Part shown: positions 42,652 through 53,652 of the stretch, one piece after another
How the letters are laid out: each line of letters opens with the position of its first letter
Position numbering within the stretch: the stretch's first letter is position 1
Assembly (NCBI GenBank): GCA_963841015.1
Contig: CAWJAX010000005.1
Span: 320,001 to 384,000, forward strand
Reading direction: 5' to 3'
Source: an uncultured Methanoregulaceae archaeon
GTDB taxonomy: Archaea; Halobacteriota; Methanomicrobia; Methanomicrobiales; Methanospirillaceae
Length of the DNA stretch: 64,000 nt
Position numbers and translations under genes: made by a program
The notes under the pieces: generated by a model
Seen by the model: only the letters and a program-made list of their open reading frames with translations
What the model was told of the DNA's origin: nothing
The model's database searches: none

Positions 42652-43137
42652 ATGATCCGACCGCACGATCTTGCTATTTACCCGTTACCTCACATCCGCC
42701 GTGCAGCCCCATCAGATATTGAGGCGATTGTTGCAATTGAGAAAGAATCCTTCATCGACCCGTGGGAACCCTCCGTATTTTTTGAAGCGTTCTCCTGCTT
42801 TGCAACGACTTTTTTTGTTGCAATATGCGATGGAACCACAGCTGGTTTTATCGTTGGCGGGCTGGAGAATACCGGTGAAAATATCTATGGGCACCTGTGC
42901 AACTTTGGCGTGAGCTCTGCGTACCGTCGCCAGGGAATCGGGAGGCTGCTCGTCCGGAGGCTCGAACACCAGTTTGCACTCGAACTTGCTACCGGTGTCC
43001 AGCTTGAAGTGAGGGTGGGAAACACGACAGCGCAACGTTTTTACCGCCGGCTTGGTTACCGGGACATCTTTCAAATCGAAGGGTATTATTCCAACGGGGA
43101 AGATGCCCTCGTGATGATGAAGTGGTTCAGGTTTTAA
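42652..43137 (+). CDS. rimI: RimI/Ard1-like N-acetyltransferase
   Basis: RRQGIG, LEVR..N..A..FY..LGY, YY.NGEDA..M. Confidence 0.88.
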   Translation: MIRPHDLAIYPLPHIRRAAPSDIEAIVAIEKESFIDPWEPSVFFEAFSCFATTFFVAICDGTTAGFIVGGLENTGENIYGHLCNFGVSSAYRRQGIGRLLVRRLEHQFALELATGVQLEVRVGNTTAQRFYRRLGYRDIFQIEGYYSNGEDALVMMKWFRF

Positions 43138-44411
43138 CCACGCCCGAGCTGCTGATGAGCCCGGGCAAGATGCTGGGCAGCAATGGCACCGAGCAGTGAG
43201 ATCTCCCCGGCAAGCACGCCGGCTCCAATAATCTCCCCCAGTTTTTTGGCATTTGTCCCCGGGGGATTGCCTCCTCCGGCTATGCCGAGTATCTGAAGGC
43301 ATTCCTGCTGCGTCTCCAATCCTGTTCCTCCGCCAACTGTTCCTACGGGAAGTGAGGGGAGGGTGACTGCGATATAGACCCCTGAATCTGTAAGATCCAC
43401 TGTGGTAATGCAGGTGCTGCCATCGATTGCATGAGCCGCGTCCTGTCCGCATGCGATGAACATTGCGGCGACAACATTTGCCGCGTGGGCATTGAATCCC
43501 ATTGAACCGGCACGTGCTGAGCCGACAAGGTTTTTCCGATAATTCACCTCAAACAGGTTTTTTGCATCTGTTTTGAGGATCTGACTTATAAGATCATGAG
43601 AGAGTGCAACACCGGCAACCACGCTTCTTCCCCGCCCCATGATACCGTTAATTGCAGCGGGTTTTTTATCGGTGCACATATTTCCGGAAAGGGCTATTAG
43701 CCTCGCACCGGTTCCCTGCGCAATTATCTCCGCTACCTTTGCACTCGCGATGGTAACCATGTTCATTCCCATCGCATCCTTGGTATCGAATTCAAGCCGG
43801 ACATAAACGCTTGTGCCTGCAATATAGGTGACAACTCCTGTCATTTTTCCATGTGAGGTTGTACTTTCTGCGGCCGCGCGGAGTTCATCATGGTGCGCTG
43901 CCACCCAGTCTGCAACCTGTTTTGCATGCACGACATTTTCAGCTGCGAAGACGGGTGCCCGTGTCATGCCATCATGGAGAATGCGTACCTGTGCTCCACC
44001 AGCCCGGGTGATCGCGCTGCAACCACGGTTAACAGAAGCGACGAGCGCACCCTCCGTTGTTGCAAGGGGAAGGTAGTAACTTCCCTGCGCGTATTCACCC
44101 TGGACAAGAAGTGGCCCTGCTACACCGACCGGGACCTGGATGGTACCGATCATATTTTCACAGTTACGTTTTACGACACGCTCAATATCGAGTGAGAAAA
44201 TACCGAGGTTCTCAAGGGTTGTTCCTGTCTCCTTTTCGATAAATTCCCTCCGGGCCCGGATGGCATCGAGCGGCTGGAGTTCTTTTTCCAGTTCATAGAG
44301 TTTCAGCGAGCCGTTCTTCAGTTGTGTATAAATGATATCCTCCTTCCCGGTGTCACGACAGGATCCCTCTTCGCGGACGGAGTCCCCGCGGTGCTCCTCA
44401 TCATCAGCCAT
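43134..44411 (-). CDS. hmgA: HMG-CoA reductase (class I, NADPH)
   Basis: CENMIG, PLATTEGALVAS, DAMGMNM, GNMCTDKK, GTVGGGT, LARAH. Confidence 0.96.
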   Translation of the reverse strand: MADDEEHRGDSVREEGSCRDTGKEDIIYTQLKNGSLKLYELEKELQPLDAIRARREFIEKETGTTLENLGIFSLDIERVVKRNCENMIGTIQVPVGVAGPLLVQGEYAQGSYYLPLATTEGALVASVNRGCSAITRAGGAQVRILHDGMTRAPVFAAENVVHAKQVADWVAAHHDELRAAAESTTSHGKMTGVVTYIAGTSVYVRLEFDTKDAMGMNMVTIASAKVAEIIAQGTGARLIALSGNMCTDKKPAAINGIMGRGRSVVAGVALSHDLISQILKTDAKNLFEVNYRKNLVGSARAGSMGFNAHAANVVAAMFIACGQDAAHAIDGSTCITTVDLTDSGVYIAVTLPSLPVGTVGGGTGLETQQECLQILGIAGGGNPPGTNAKKLGEIIGAGVLAGEISLLGAIAAQHLARAHQQLGRG

Positions 44412-44458
44412 GAATAGTGGTACATCGTATAAATTTATGATACCGGTGGTCAATAGGG

Positions 44459-45373
44459 ATGGTCGAGCAATGGTGTATCCGGGTGCCGGCGCAGAGGGGT
44501 GAAGAAGTCCGGCGTGAACTTATCGAGAATGGGACACTCGATCTTACGCTCAAAGTCCGACGCGAAGGTTCTACACTTCTGCTACCGGTAACCGATCAAC
44601 AAGGGACTGCAGAACGGTGTAATTTTGAACCACATCCAGGACGGCAGGCACTTCCGCGGCACGAGCTGGTTGGTGGTATTGCTATCATGCAGGATTGTGA
44701 TCCGGCAGGCGCGGAGAACATACTCGCATCGCGCCCGTCACTTCATTCTGTACTCTGTCCTGTAAGTGAGGTCTCAGGCGAGTACCGCACTCGTGAATTT
44801 AAGGTCCTTGCCGGTATCCCTACCACGCGGACCGAAGTTGTCGAGTTCGGGCGCCGGTATACCGTTGATCTCTCAACCGCCTATTTTTCCGCACGTCTCT
44901 CATCAGAGCGACAGCGCATTCTTGAACGGATGGGAGATCAAGAGATTGTCCTTGATATGTTTGCCGGTGTCGGGCCGTTCGCAATCACTCTTGCCGCGCG
45001 GGCAGCCCTTGTTGTCGCGTCGGATATAAATCCGCAGGCAATTTCTCTTATGCTGGTAAATCTTGCACAAAACCGCACGAACAATGTGCTCCCGGTGCTC
45101 GCGGACGCGCATCATCTCCCCGCAATTATTCCATGGCAATTTGACCGGATAGTAATGAATCTCCCCCTCTCTGGCAGTGAGTTCCTTTTCGATGGTTTCC
45201 GGTTGTGCAGACCCGGCGGGATAATCCATTTCTACTCACTTGTGTCACGAGAGGGTGAGCACAATGACAGCATACACGAACTTGGTGGGGAAATTAGTGC
45301 TGAGAGGGTAGTGCGGTCGTACTCACCGGGTCAGTGGCATGTGGTATATGAGGTGAAAGTTGGGGAGGGATGA
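44459..45373 (+). CDS. Trm5/TYW2-family tRNA methyltransferase
   Basis: YFSARLSSER, DMFAGVGPF, DINP, DRIVMNLP, VRSYSP. Confidence 0.85.
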   Translation: MVEQWCIRVPAQRGEEVRRELIENGTLDLTLKVRREGSTLLLPVTDQQGTAERCNFEPHPGRQALPRHELVGGIAIMQDCDPAGAENILASRPSLHSVLCPVSEVSGEYRTREFKVLAGIPTTRTEVVEFGRRYTVDLSTAYFSARLSSERQRILERMGDQEIVLDMFAGVGPFAITLAARAALVVASDINPQAISLMLVNLAQNRTNNVLPVLADAHHLPAIIPWQFDRIVMNLPLSGSEFLFDGFRLCRPGGIIHFYSLVSREGEHNDSIHELGGEISAERVVRSYSPGQWHVVYEVKVGEG

Positions 45374-45592
45374 AACCCTTTGGGAATTCCGGTTACCCTG
45401 ATTTTCCTCTTCGATGCTTTTCGCACAAAACACCGCGTTGGGTTTTGTACAATGCATTGCCAGAAACTGACGGTAACTACCGGCCCCTTCTTGAAACGTA
45501 CAAAAAAGGAGTTATCACAATAAGGGATACCAGACTTACCTGGTTACAGCCTAAGAAGTGGTCAGAATTCGCGAACATTAAAAAAACAGAGA

Positions 45593-45985
45593 TTACTCCA
45601 CTGGCACAAACTTAGTACCGTAGTGGATTATTCCGCTTTCACCATCAGTGGCGATTCGGCGGAACACGCTTTTTACCCGCATACCAATCTTCGCTTCCTC
45701 AGGAGTGCAGACAATTTGTGCTGTCATGCGCGGTCCCTCATCAAGCTTAACAATGGCAAGTACATACGGGGTGAATGCCTCAAATTGTTCATTTGCCGTA
45801 TGGATAACGGTATATGTCACAATCGTTCCAAATCCCGCAAACTTATATCCGATGATCCTGCCACTCCGGCGGCAGTCTGGACAGAATGTCCTCGGGGGGA
45901 AAAAATGCCGGTGACAGGTCTCGCACTTTGTCCCAATCATGTTATACCGCTGGGGTATCTTTCTCCAGAATCGTGCGACTGACAT
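45593..45985 (-). CDS. DUF35 Zn-ribbon/OB-fold scaffold of the thiolase/HMG-CoA synthase complex
   Basis: RFWR, CxxC...FPPR..CPxC, G.I.YG.KF; adjacent to thiolase. Confidence 0.92.
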   Translation of the reverse strand: MSVARFWRKIPQRYNMIGTKCETCHRHFFPPRTFCPDCRRSGRIIGYKFAGFGTIVTYTVIHTANEQFEAFTPYVLAIVKLDEGPRMTAQIVCTPEEAKIGMRVKSVFRRIATDGESGIIHYGTKFVPVE

Positions 45986-45986
45986 A

Positions 45987-47153
45987 TCAGGTCCTCCCGA
46001 GAATGTGAACCGCAACCGTCGCTCCGGTTCCCCCCACATTATGGGTCATACCGATCTTCGCATCATCGATCTGGCGCTTCCCCGCCTCGTTCCGGAGTTG
46101 CTGGACAATTTCGTATACCTGCTTGATCCCCGTTGCACCAACCGGGTGCCCACAGGCCTTCAGCCCTCCGCTCGTATTAACCGGGATTTTTCCGCTCAGG
46201 GCGGTTTCGCCATCAGCGGTAAATTTTCCTGCCTCTCCTTTCCTGCAGAATCCGAGGTCCTCAATTGCACAAATCTCCGCAATCGAGAAACAATCATGGA
46301 CTTCCACCATGTCGATATCCTTGTGGGTAAGCTTTGCCAGCCTGAATGCCTTCTTACCTGCAGCTACTGTTGCATCAAGGGTCGATATATCACGCCGGTC
46401 ATGAAGAGTGATTGTGTCACTTGCCTGAGCACTCGCAAGAACCTTAATGGGTGTATCGGTAAACTCCCTGGCCCGATCAAAAGGTGCCACGATTACTGCA
46501 GCAGCACCATCGGTGATTGGAGAACAGTCGAAGAGCCTCAGGGGTTCGGCTACCATCGTTGATTTCAGGACGGTCTCGATGGTGATCTCCTGCTGGTACT
46601 GTGCAATGGGATTTCTCGCCCCGTTGTAATGGTTTTTCACAGCAACCTGTGCAAGCTGCTCGCGTGTCAGGGGATAGCGATGCATGTAATCCGTAGCTAT
46701 CATTGCATAGAGTCCGGGAAACGTTGCACCCACAAATCCTTCCCACTCACGGTCAGCTGCCCCGGTCAGTGTATCGGTACTGGCACCCGGTTCAACATCG
46801 GTCATTTTTTCGACGCCTGCCGCGACCACAATGTCTTCCATTCCACTTGCAACGGCAATCACTGCCTGACGGAAGGCAAGACCACCTGAGGCGCATGCTG
46901 CTTCGACCCTGGTAGATGGTATATGGTGCGTTGCCAGCCCGGCATAGTCAGCAATTAATGCACCGATATGCTCCTGTTCGATAAACCGTCCTGCGCTCAT
47001 GTTGCCAATATACATCGCATCGATCTTTTCACCGGAAAGCTGTGCATCCTCAAGAGCAAGCGCACCCGCTTCAACAAAGAGCTCACGAAACCCACTCGAC
47101 CACTTTTCACCAAAGGTCGTGCACCCTACACCGATTACTGCAACGTCTCTCAT
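45987..47153 (-). CDS. Acetoacetyl-CoA thiolase (archaeal)
   Basis: [39 protein letters not shown]. Confidence 0.94.
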   Translation of the reverse strand: MRDVAVIGVGCTTFGEKWSSGFRELFVEAGALALEDAQLSGEKIDAMYIGNMSAGRFIEQEHIGALIADYAGLATHHIPSTRVEAACASGGLAFRQAVIAVASGMEDIVVAAGVEKMTDVEPGASTDTLTGAADREWEGFVGATFPGLYAMIATDYMHRYPLTREQLAQVAVKNHYNGARNPIAQYQQEITIETVLKSTMVAEPLRLFDCSPITDGAAAVIVAPFDRAREFTDTPIKVLASAQASDTITLHDRRDISTLDATVAAGKKAFRLAKLTHKDIDMVEVHDCFSIAEICAIEDLGFCRKGEAGKFTADGETALSGKIPVNTSGGLKACGHPVGATGIKQVYEIVQQLRNEAGKRQIDDAKIGMTHNVGGTGATVAVHILGRT

Positions 47154-48202
47154 AACTGCATCACGATCTTCCCCTTATGTACGGCATACCTGGCATAGTC
47201 AAGGTAGATGGGATTTTTCAACAGCTGTTCAACACCCGGGGCAGCGTCTCGCCGGAATTCTCCATCGATGATTGCGTCGGTGACCTCAATGTCAAAAGCA
47301 TCACTCCCCGCACCGGAGCCGAAGGAACAGACAAATATCGTGTCTCCCGGTTTTGCGATATCGAGTGTTGCAGCAAGGCCAATGGGGGATGCCCCCGAAT
47401 AGGTATTACCTAATCTGGGCACCACAAGACCCGGTTGGATCTGTTCAGTCGTGAACCCCAGGTTCTTTGCGACCTTCTGCGGAAACTTTGCATTTGGCTG
47501 GTGGAAGATCGCATAGGTGAAATCTTTCGGGTTTTTGCCGGTCTGTCTGAATAATAAACTGCTGGCTCCTTCAACATGTTTGAAATAGCCAGGTTCACCG
47601 GTAAATCGCCCCCCATGCCTTGGATAGTCCTCTCCTTCACGTCGCCAGAAGTCTGGGGTATCCGTGGTGAACGAGCAGGTATGATGGATGGTTGCAATAG
47701 GATCATCCCGTCCTATCAGGAATGCAGCTCCTCCTGCTGCTGCGGTATACTCGAGAGCATCGCTTGGTGCGCCCTGAGACACATCCGAGCCGATTGCAAA
47801 ACCATAGGTGATCATCTCACTTTTAACAAGGCCCATACAGGTCTGGATTGCGGCTGTTCCCGCCTTGCACGCAAACTCATAATCCGCTGCGGTCATGTTT
47901 GGCGTTGCACCGATCGCTTCCCCAACAGTACATGCAGTCGGTTTCACTGCATAAGGGTGGGATTCACTGCCTACATACACAGCGCCGATATCTTCTGGAT
48001 CGATCTTTCTTCGGAGAAGAGCATTACGTGCTGCTTCGACTGCAATCGTAGCAGCGTCCTCATCGAGGTCAGGGACAGATTTCTCAAAAACACCCAATCC
48101 TCCAGAAATATCTGCAGCGTTTGCACCCCAGACTCGTGCAATCTCTTCAACCTTGATTCTGTATCTCGGTATATACACACCGTAGGTAATGATGCCTACC
48201 AT
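47150..48202 (-). CDS. Hydroxymethylglutaryl-CoA synthase
   Basis: [42 protein letters not shown]. Confidence 0.95.
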   Translation of the reverse strand: MVGIITYGVYIPRYRIKVEEIARVWGANAADISGGLGVFEKSVPDLDEDAATIAVEAARNALLRRKIDPEDIGAVYVGSESHPYAVKPTACTVGEAIGATPNMTAADYEFACKAGTAAIQTCMGLVKSEMITYGFAIGSDVSQGAPSDALEYTAAAGGAAFLIGRDDPIATIHHTCSFTTDTPDFWRREGEDYPRHGGRFTGEPGYFKHVEGASSLLFRQTGKNPKDFTYAIFHQPNAKFPQKVAKNLGFTTEQIQPGLVVPRLGNTYSGASPIGLAATLDIAKPGDTIFVCSFGSGAGSDAFDIEVTDAIIDGEFRRDAAPGVEQLLKNPIYLDYARYAVHKGKIVMQL

Positions 48203-48918
48203 TCTTTATCCCTCAATGTACTCACAATTTTGTCAATATCCATCATCGTGCACATTACTGTGATCCGATCCCGTTCTGCCATTTTCTCCACTATAGGGTG
48301 AACATCAGCGATATCAAGTCCCTGTAGCACCACACATCGGGGTTTGAAGGGTGTAACCCGGATTGCAACCATCGGGGATTTTCCCGTTGAAACATTGGTG
48401 AAGACCACCGCTCTTTCTGTACTCCACCCATAGATTCGGTTGAACTCCTCTGATGAGAATTGCATGATGGCATTCAGACTGTTCACTACAGTATAACCAA
48501 AAAGGACCTGGTCCATGGAACCACAAAGCAGTGAGCACCCTATCGCATCAGAGAAATCTTTGAGAGGAATGGCGGTAGCATACTCATGAATATCGTAGAT
48601 AACATCATCTTCAATATTGGAAAAGAGCATGGTTGAAAATTTCTGGATGTGTTTCCCCTCATTTTCCTCATCCATGGCAAGGAGTGTGTCGACGATTTTT
48701 CCAACCACTGCAGTGCCAGGACTTTTTCTTCTGCCACTCTCATAATCGCTAATAACAGAGGGTGAGACCCCGAGACGATCCGCAAGGATACCTGGTGCGA
48801 TCTCAAAGTTCATGCGCCACTTTTTCAGCGCATGCCCCGGTGAGTCCGACAGCGTTATCTCACCTGCCATTTTTTCGGCAAGCTGGTTCCGCAATCCGGA
48901 TTTCATGCTCATTACCAA
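48196..48918 (-). CDS. XRE-family HTH transcriptional regulator, first gene of the HMGS/thiolase operon
   Basis: [48 protein letters not shown]. Confidence 0.88.
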   Translation of the reverse strand: MVMSMKSGLRNQLAEKMAGEITLSDSPGHALKKWRMNFEIAPGILADRLGVSPSVISDYESGRRKSPGTAVVGKIVDTLLAMDEENEGKHIQKFSTMLFSNIEDDVIYDIHEYATAIPLKDFSDAIGCSLLCGSMDQVLFGYTVVNSLNAIMQFSSEEFNRIYGWSTERAVVFTNVSTGKSPMVAIRVTPFKPRCVVLQGLDIADVHPIVEKMAERDRITVMCTMMDIDKIVSTLRDKEW

Positions 48919-49030
48919 GAACCCGGAGTATTAAATAATTAACGAACGTGCATTCGACAGTAAACGAATCACGACGGGGGGATGTCCGGAGAGCAACCCA
49001 TAAATAATAAGCACCTCAATTTTGATAAGC

Positions 49031-49693
49031 ATGATACCCGCTGAAGATCTCCAGTGTCTCAAGGCGATTGCATTGCAGGGTGGCTGCAAAAGCCCGGTTT
49101 TTGTCTCATCCCAGACTATTGGCGATATGCTTGCAATCAGCCAGCAGACCGCCTCCCGCAGGTTAAAAGGTCTCGAATCCCAGGGATTCATTACGCGGAC
49201 GATTGCTGCAGATGGTCAGCATGTTACGGTGACTAGAACAGGAGAAGCGGAGCTCCATAATGAATATCAGGAGTACTGCCGGATATTTTCGGAGCGTAAC
49301 AATGGATATGTCCTTTCCGGTACCGTGGTAAGTGGAATTGGTGAAGGCAAATATTACATGAGCCTGGAACCCTACAAGCAACAGTTCAATGTGCATCTTG
49401 GGTTTGAACCATACCCGGGAACCCTCAACATACGTCTTCCCAGCTCAAGTCTTCCCATACGCAAAAAGATTGATAATCTCAACTGGATCCGGATCAAGGG
49501 TTTTTCTACCGACGGCAGAACGTTTGGTGATGCGAAGTGCCTTCCGTGCCGTATTGGTTCAATTCCCTGTGGGATTGTCGTACCCGGAAGGACACACTAT
49601 CCCGAAGACATCATTGAAATTATCGCACCCGTAGCGCTTCGCAGGAAACTTGGTGTCGGGGATACTGATACAGTGACAGTCGAGGTGGGGTAG
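49031..49693 (+). CDS. ribK: CTP-dependent riboflavin kinase with N-terminal wHTH
   Basis: SQQTASRRL, G.V.SG.GEG.YY, PYPGTLN, RTHY. Confidence 0.93.
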   Translation: MIPAEDLQCLKAIALQGGCKSPVFVSSQTIGDMLAISQQTASRRLKGLESQGFITRTIAADGQHVTVTRTGEAELHNEYQEYCRIFSERNNGYVLSGTVVSGIGEGKYYMSLEPYKQQFNVHLGFEPYPGTLNIRLPSSSLPIRKKIDNLNWIRIKGFSTDGRTFGDAKCLPCRIGSIPCGIVVPGRTHYPEDIIEIIAPVALRRKLGVGDTDTVTVEVG

Positions 49694-50370
49694 TGATTGA
49701 TGATGCTCTGGCAGCCTTGAGGGATGGAAAATTTATCCTGCTTTACGATTTTGACGACCGTGAAGGAGAGACGGATTTTGCAATCAGGTCTGATGCGGTT
49801 ACTCCACGCCATATTGTGCAGATGCGCAAAGATGGGGGGGGCTTGATCTGCACTGCGGTACACCCGACTGCAGCCCTGCGCCTTGGGCTGCCTTTTGCAA
49901 GCGATGCCCTCAGGGCAATATCAGTGGCAGAACGTGAGGGGGATATTCCCTATGATAGAAAGAATCACTCTTCCTTCTCCCTCTGGGTAAACCACAGGAA
50001 TACGTTCACCGGCATAACCGACCGCGACAGGACGCTTACCGTCAACGCGATTGCCGAGCAGGTAAAACGGGCGCTCAACGGTGGAGCTGTGAACTTCCAC
50101 GAGGTCTTCCGCACCCCCGGGCACATGGCACTCCTGCGGGCCGCGGATGGGCTTCTTGACCAGCGGAAGGGGCAGACCGAGCTCTCAATCGCGATGGCAC
50201 AGATGGCTGGCATAACCCCGGCCATCACTATCTGTGAGATGCTGGATGACGAATCCGGGTATGCCCTGTCAAAAGAAGATGCCAGGCTCTATGCACGCAA
50301 ACACCGGCTCATTTTTGTGGAAGGTCCTGAAGTGCTGGAACGGTGGGAAGCCCGGACACGCCATTCCTGA
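49693..50370 (+). CDS. ribB: 3,4-dihydroxy-2-butanone 4-phosphate synthase
   Basis: DREGETD, GGLIC, TGITDRDR, FRTPGH, R.GQTE, CEML. Confidence 0.94.
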   Translation: MIDDALAALRDGKFILLYDFDDREGETDFAIRSDAVTPRHIVQMRKDGGGLICTAVHPTAALRLGLPFASDALRAISVAEREGDIPYDRKNHSSFSLWVNHRNTFTGITDRDRTLTVNAIAEQVKRALNGGAVNFHEVFRTPGHMALLRAADGLLDQRKGQTELSIAMAQMAGITPAITICEMLDDESGYALSKEDARLYARKHRLIFVEGPEVLERWEARTRHS

Positions 50371-50384
50371 TAAAGAAACAATGA

Positions 50385-50546
50385 TCACTTTTTTGCGAGT
50401 CTTTCCAGTGTTTCCGCTGGTAGCATTTTTGCAATGCTCATTTTTGTAGGACAACGCCCGAATTTCAGGCCTAGTTTCTTTGCCTCATCTTTGAGCACTT
50501 TTGTATCAATGTCCTTAATGAGTACACTCAACTCTTTTGGCTCCAT
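50385..50546 (-). CDS. Small basic hypothetical protein
   Basis: [42 protein letters not shown]; helix-loop-helix pattern; co-oriented downstream of the RPA operon. Confidence 0.55.
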   Translation of the reverse strand: MEPKELSVLIKDIDTKVLKDEAKKLGLKFGRCPTKMSIAKMLPAETLERLAKK

Positions 50547-50611
50547 AGATATCGGAGAGTGATTAGTACACAATGAAATAAGGTTTCCTTTTGGTTGAGT
50601 GAAAAAATTGA

Positions 50612-51211
50612 TTATATTTTGACCTGCGCAAGTGCATCGTACGCAGTTTTCCGGAACACCGCGACGTCAATGGTCGGATATTGTTCCTTTGCCTTTACAA
50701 TATCCGGCCCTAAACCTGTTTTGAACGCGTTAATCCGGTCAAGCGTTCGTGCAGCGGTGTCAAGTACCCAGAGATCGCGGGTCTCTTTATCAACGACTGT
50801 TATTGATTCGACTCTGACTGAGACGAGAAAAGCTCCATCGGGTGTCTGGTAAAGGTTAGGTTTTCCGATAACAGAAACGAATGCCGGCGTGTCGATTTTT
50901 GCGATCTGTTGCATGGCCTCTGGTTGATAACTACCTGCCATAACAAAGAATGTTCCTGAAGGGTCAACAACTCTTCCACGGTAGAAAATGTTCTGGTCTC
51001 CCTGACGCTGCTTTTCTGTCAGTGTACCAACAAGAAATATCCGGTTACAGCGCTCTCCCGTCGGGAGAAGGACAAATGTCGGACTCTTCTCATCATCGCC
51101 ATCCTTGAACTGGTACCGGCACTCGCGAAGCTCCGCCGCAAAAACCCTCCGGGCCGGCTCACGTTCGAACGCACCTTCCTTACGCCCCATGTCCCGTGGG
51201 TTTGTACTCAT
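50612..51211 (-). CDS. RPA-associated OB-fold protein
   Basis: [27 protein letters not shown]...AG.YQP. Confidence 0.88.
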   Translation of the reverse strand: MSTNPRDMGRKEGAFEREPARRVFAAELRECRYQFKDGDDEKSPTFVLLPTGERCNRIFLVGTLTEKQRQGDQNIFYRGRVVDPSGTFFVMAGSYQPEAMQQIAKIDTPAFVSVIGKPNLYQTPDGAFLVSVRVESITVVDKETRDLWVLDTAARTLDRINAFKTGLGPDIVKAKEQYPTIDVAVFRKTAYDALAQVKI

Positions 51212-52452
51212 GACGAACCCCCCGCCCTGTTTAGAAGTGCTGCGTGTTCTCCGCTCTGATATGTCAGACGCTCACAGGAGTTCACCAGGATACGGTTATC
51301 GATCTCCCTGCCCTCGCAGAGTATATAGCGCCCGAGTACCGCATCGCGCATCCTGAGGAATACTTCATCCATCCCAAGCGGGTTGTTCTCCGCAATCTCC
51401 TGCGCTGCACTGAGGGTTATTCCGGTAAGAGATTCCACGACCTCCCGCTGGAGCAGGATATTATGCGTTTTTTCACCATCATCGAGCCACCCTTTAATCC
51501 GCAAATCATAAACAAATTTTGGCTGGATTTCGTGGACAGGGCAATAATTCTGACGTGACAGGGCACGATTACACCCTTCTATCGGACAGCGCTTGATAAT
51601 CCCGGAACCAGGTGCGATGTGCACCATGGCACCTTTGACTGCTACATTCCCCCCGCTTACCGATATGTCACCATCATCCTGCATGATCGTTGCTGTGTTT
51701 AAGTTGAGCGAGAGCCTGCTGTTGAATTCGTCTACCTGAGCATAGAAGATATTGTAGACAGAGTCCACCGCGAGTTTTTCCTTCCCCGCTTCCTTCCATA
51801 TCACAAATTTTATTGTTCCCGTCTCGTCACCCAATAGACCGGACTGGAGCATCCTCTCATGGGAAGCATCCCATTCCTGAATCACTTTGGCACGAACACT
51901 GCCAACACCCGTGTGAAGATTAACAACCGATACCGTACTTGGGATGAGTGGTCCATCGGTTTCGCTCTCTTTTACGGTCGTACCAGAATGGATCTTCAGG
52001 CTTGCAATACCCTTGAACTCGTCTACTACAGCTGACTCTATATGGTACCATGAGCCCACGGTCATCGCAGGCGCATTCGATTTTGTCCATGCCACAAACC
52101 GTATGCCCCCGGAGTCATCAGCGATTATACCGCTTTGGGCAATTGCTGGTGATGCAGGTGAGGAGAGTGCGACAACCTTTCCTTCGATGGTTACCCATTC
52201 ACCGGGTGCCACCTCAGCGATCTTTTTCTTTTCAGCTGCATTGCCGCTCTTTCCACCACTGCCCGTTCCTGCTGTGGGAAGGTTGAACTCTTTTGCAAGT
52301 TCATTCGTTACACTTCGTTCCGCCTCGGAGGGTTGTACACCGAACTCATTGACGAGCCGGCGGAGTTTGCTCTCGATCTTCGTTGGATCGACATCTGTTC
52401 CTTTCTCTGAAAACTTTCGGGAGATTCTTTTTGCTGCTTCGGAAAAGTCCAT
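51208..52452 (-). CDS. rpa: Replication protein A (OB folds plus Zn finger)
   Basis: Q.G.I.D.SG.I, GDETGTIKF, GSGIIKRC...C.R.L....C..H, DLRIK..LDDG. Confidence 0.9.
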   Translation of the reverse strand: MDFSEAAKRISRKFSEKGTDVDPTKIESKLRRLVNEFGVQPSEAERSVTNELAKEFNLPTAGTGSGGKSGNAAEKKKIAEVAPGEWVTIEGKVVALSSPASPAIAQSGIIADDSGGIRFVAWTKSNAPAMTVGSWYHIESAVVDEFKGIASLKIHSGTTVKESETDGPLIPSTVSVVNLHTGVGSVRAKVIQEWDASHERMLQSGLLGDETGTIKFVIWKEAGKEKLAVDSVYNIFYAQVDEFNSRLSLNLNTATIMQDDGDISVSGGNVAVKGAMVHIAPGSGIIKRCPIEGCNRALSRQNYCPVHEIQPKFVYDLRIKGWLDDGEKTHNILLQREVVESLTGITLSAAQEIAENNPLGMDEVFLRMRDAVLGRYILCEGREIDNRILVNSCERLTYQSGEHAALLNRAGGSS

Positions 52453-52571
52453 TCATACATCTCCAGGTACTCATCGGTTCTGATCATGCGTATATATTGC
52501 GAAGCATGCATGGTGAAAGTAAATCGCCGCAATCGTGAAGTTTATGTTTTACAACACCGACTAAGAGACAC

Positions 52572-52766
52572 ATGGTTGAAATTACCGCTGACAGCACGAT
52601 TTATGATCTATTAAAGGCGAAACCAGAATCTTCCGAAGTACTCTTCAAGTTCGGTATGGGCTGTGTGGGATGCGCGATCGCCCGGGGCGAAACTATCCGG
52701 GAGGCAGCCGAAGCGCATGGCATCCCTTTACCTGAGCTCCTTTCAGCGCTCGGAATTAAAGAGTAA
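52572..52766 (+). CDS. DUF1858 domain protein
   Basis: GMGCVGC...ETI.EAA..HGI motif. Confidence 0.85.
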   Translation: MVEITADSTIYDLLKAKPESSEVLFKFGMGCVGCAIARGETIREAAEAHGIPLPELLSALGIKE

Positions 52767-52770
52767 TTTT

Positions 52771-53652
52771 TTATTTCTTTTTTATATCCCGCAAGCAAAT
52801 CAGTTCTGCACGTGACGCCCCGGGAAATACTTTGAGATAATCTGCAATTTCAGGTTCATGCAGGAGTGTGCACCAGGCACAGTTCCATACCCGCCCCCCC
52901 TTGGAACTCTCAACCCACTTTCCGAGATTCTCGTCCCCACACGGGTAGAACGGGCAATAGCAAAAATCGCATCGCTGGCCGGGAAAGTGGCAGGGAAAGT
53001 ACGGGCAATCATGTGGTGACAATTCTACCCAATGCTCACCCTTGAAACGGCTGAAGATGAAAAATGATGGGTGGGCGGACGGATCTGCCGCATCGTGACG
53101 TCTGATAGCTTCCGGTATACCATGAAGTACAGCTTCGCGAATACGCCGGCCAGCCTCCGTGCTTCGCCCGGCATACCGGTGCAGTATTTCTCCCTCGCAT
53201 CCTGCTATTATGGCATCTGTGGGTGTACCGGTCAGCGGGAGACCCATTGCCTGCAATGCCTCGGCTTTTGCCTCAGTGGCGACCATGATCGTTTCGAGCA
53301 GCGCCGCGTCCCCCATCCCCTCGCTACTGCATACAATGATGTTGATGGTGCCGGCATTCGCCGGAGGTTCTCGACGGACACCTGCAGTTATGAATACAGT
53401 AACGTAATCATACTGGAGTATGCAGCATTGCTGAACAGGCACTGCAGTCAGAAGCCCAAAAAACCCCTGATTAATACCAGCGCCGGCTGCAATGAACTCC
53501 AGCATCTTTTCGGGTTCCTCATGGTTCCAACCAACGGGAACGGTGTGGTTTATGAGAGTTGTGACCGGGCGGATACCCCCGGTGATTCCGGTACTTGCAG
53601 CACGGAATTTCCCGTGGATAAAAAGAGTACTTGTATCGAAATGGTATCTCAT
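52771..53652 (-). CDS. cbiZ: Adenosylcobinamide amidohydrolase fused to a Cys-rich small domain
   Basis: N.TV, GLLTA, TAGV, GTINI, TEAKA, TGTPTD; C-terminal CPYFPCH...C.FCYCPFYPC...W.C..C...H. Confidence 0.85.
   Translation of the reverse strand: MRYHFDTSTLFIHGKFRAASTGITGGIRPVTTLINHTVPVGWNHEEPEKMLEFIAAGAGINQGFFGLLTAVPVQQCCILQYDYVTVFITAGVRREPPANAGTINIIVCSSEGMGDAALLETIMVATEAKAEALQAMGLPLTGTPTDAIIAGCEGEILHRYAGRSTEAGRRIREAVLHGIPEAIRRHDAADPSAHPSFFIFSRFKGEHWVELSPHDCPYFPCHFPGQRCDFCYCPFYPCGDENLGKWVESSKGGRVWNCAWCTLLHEPEIADYLKVFPGASRAELICLRDIKKK

Noticed and set aside
45370-45615. 81-aa ORF after the Trm5-like gene
   Set aside because: No recognisable motif and it overlaps the convergent DUF35 gene; not supportable as a gene.
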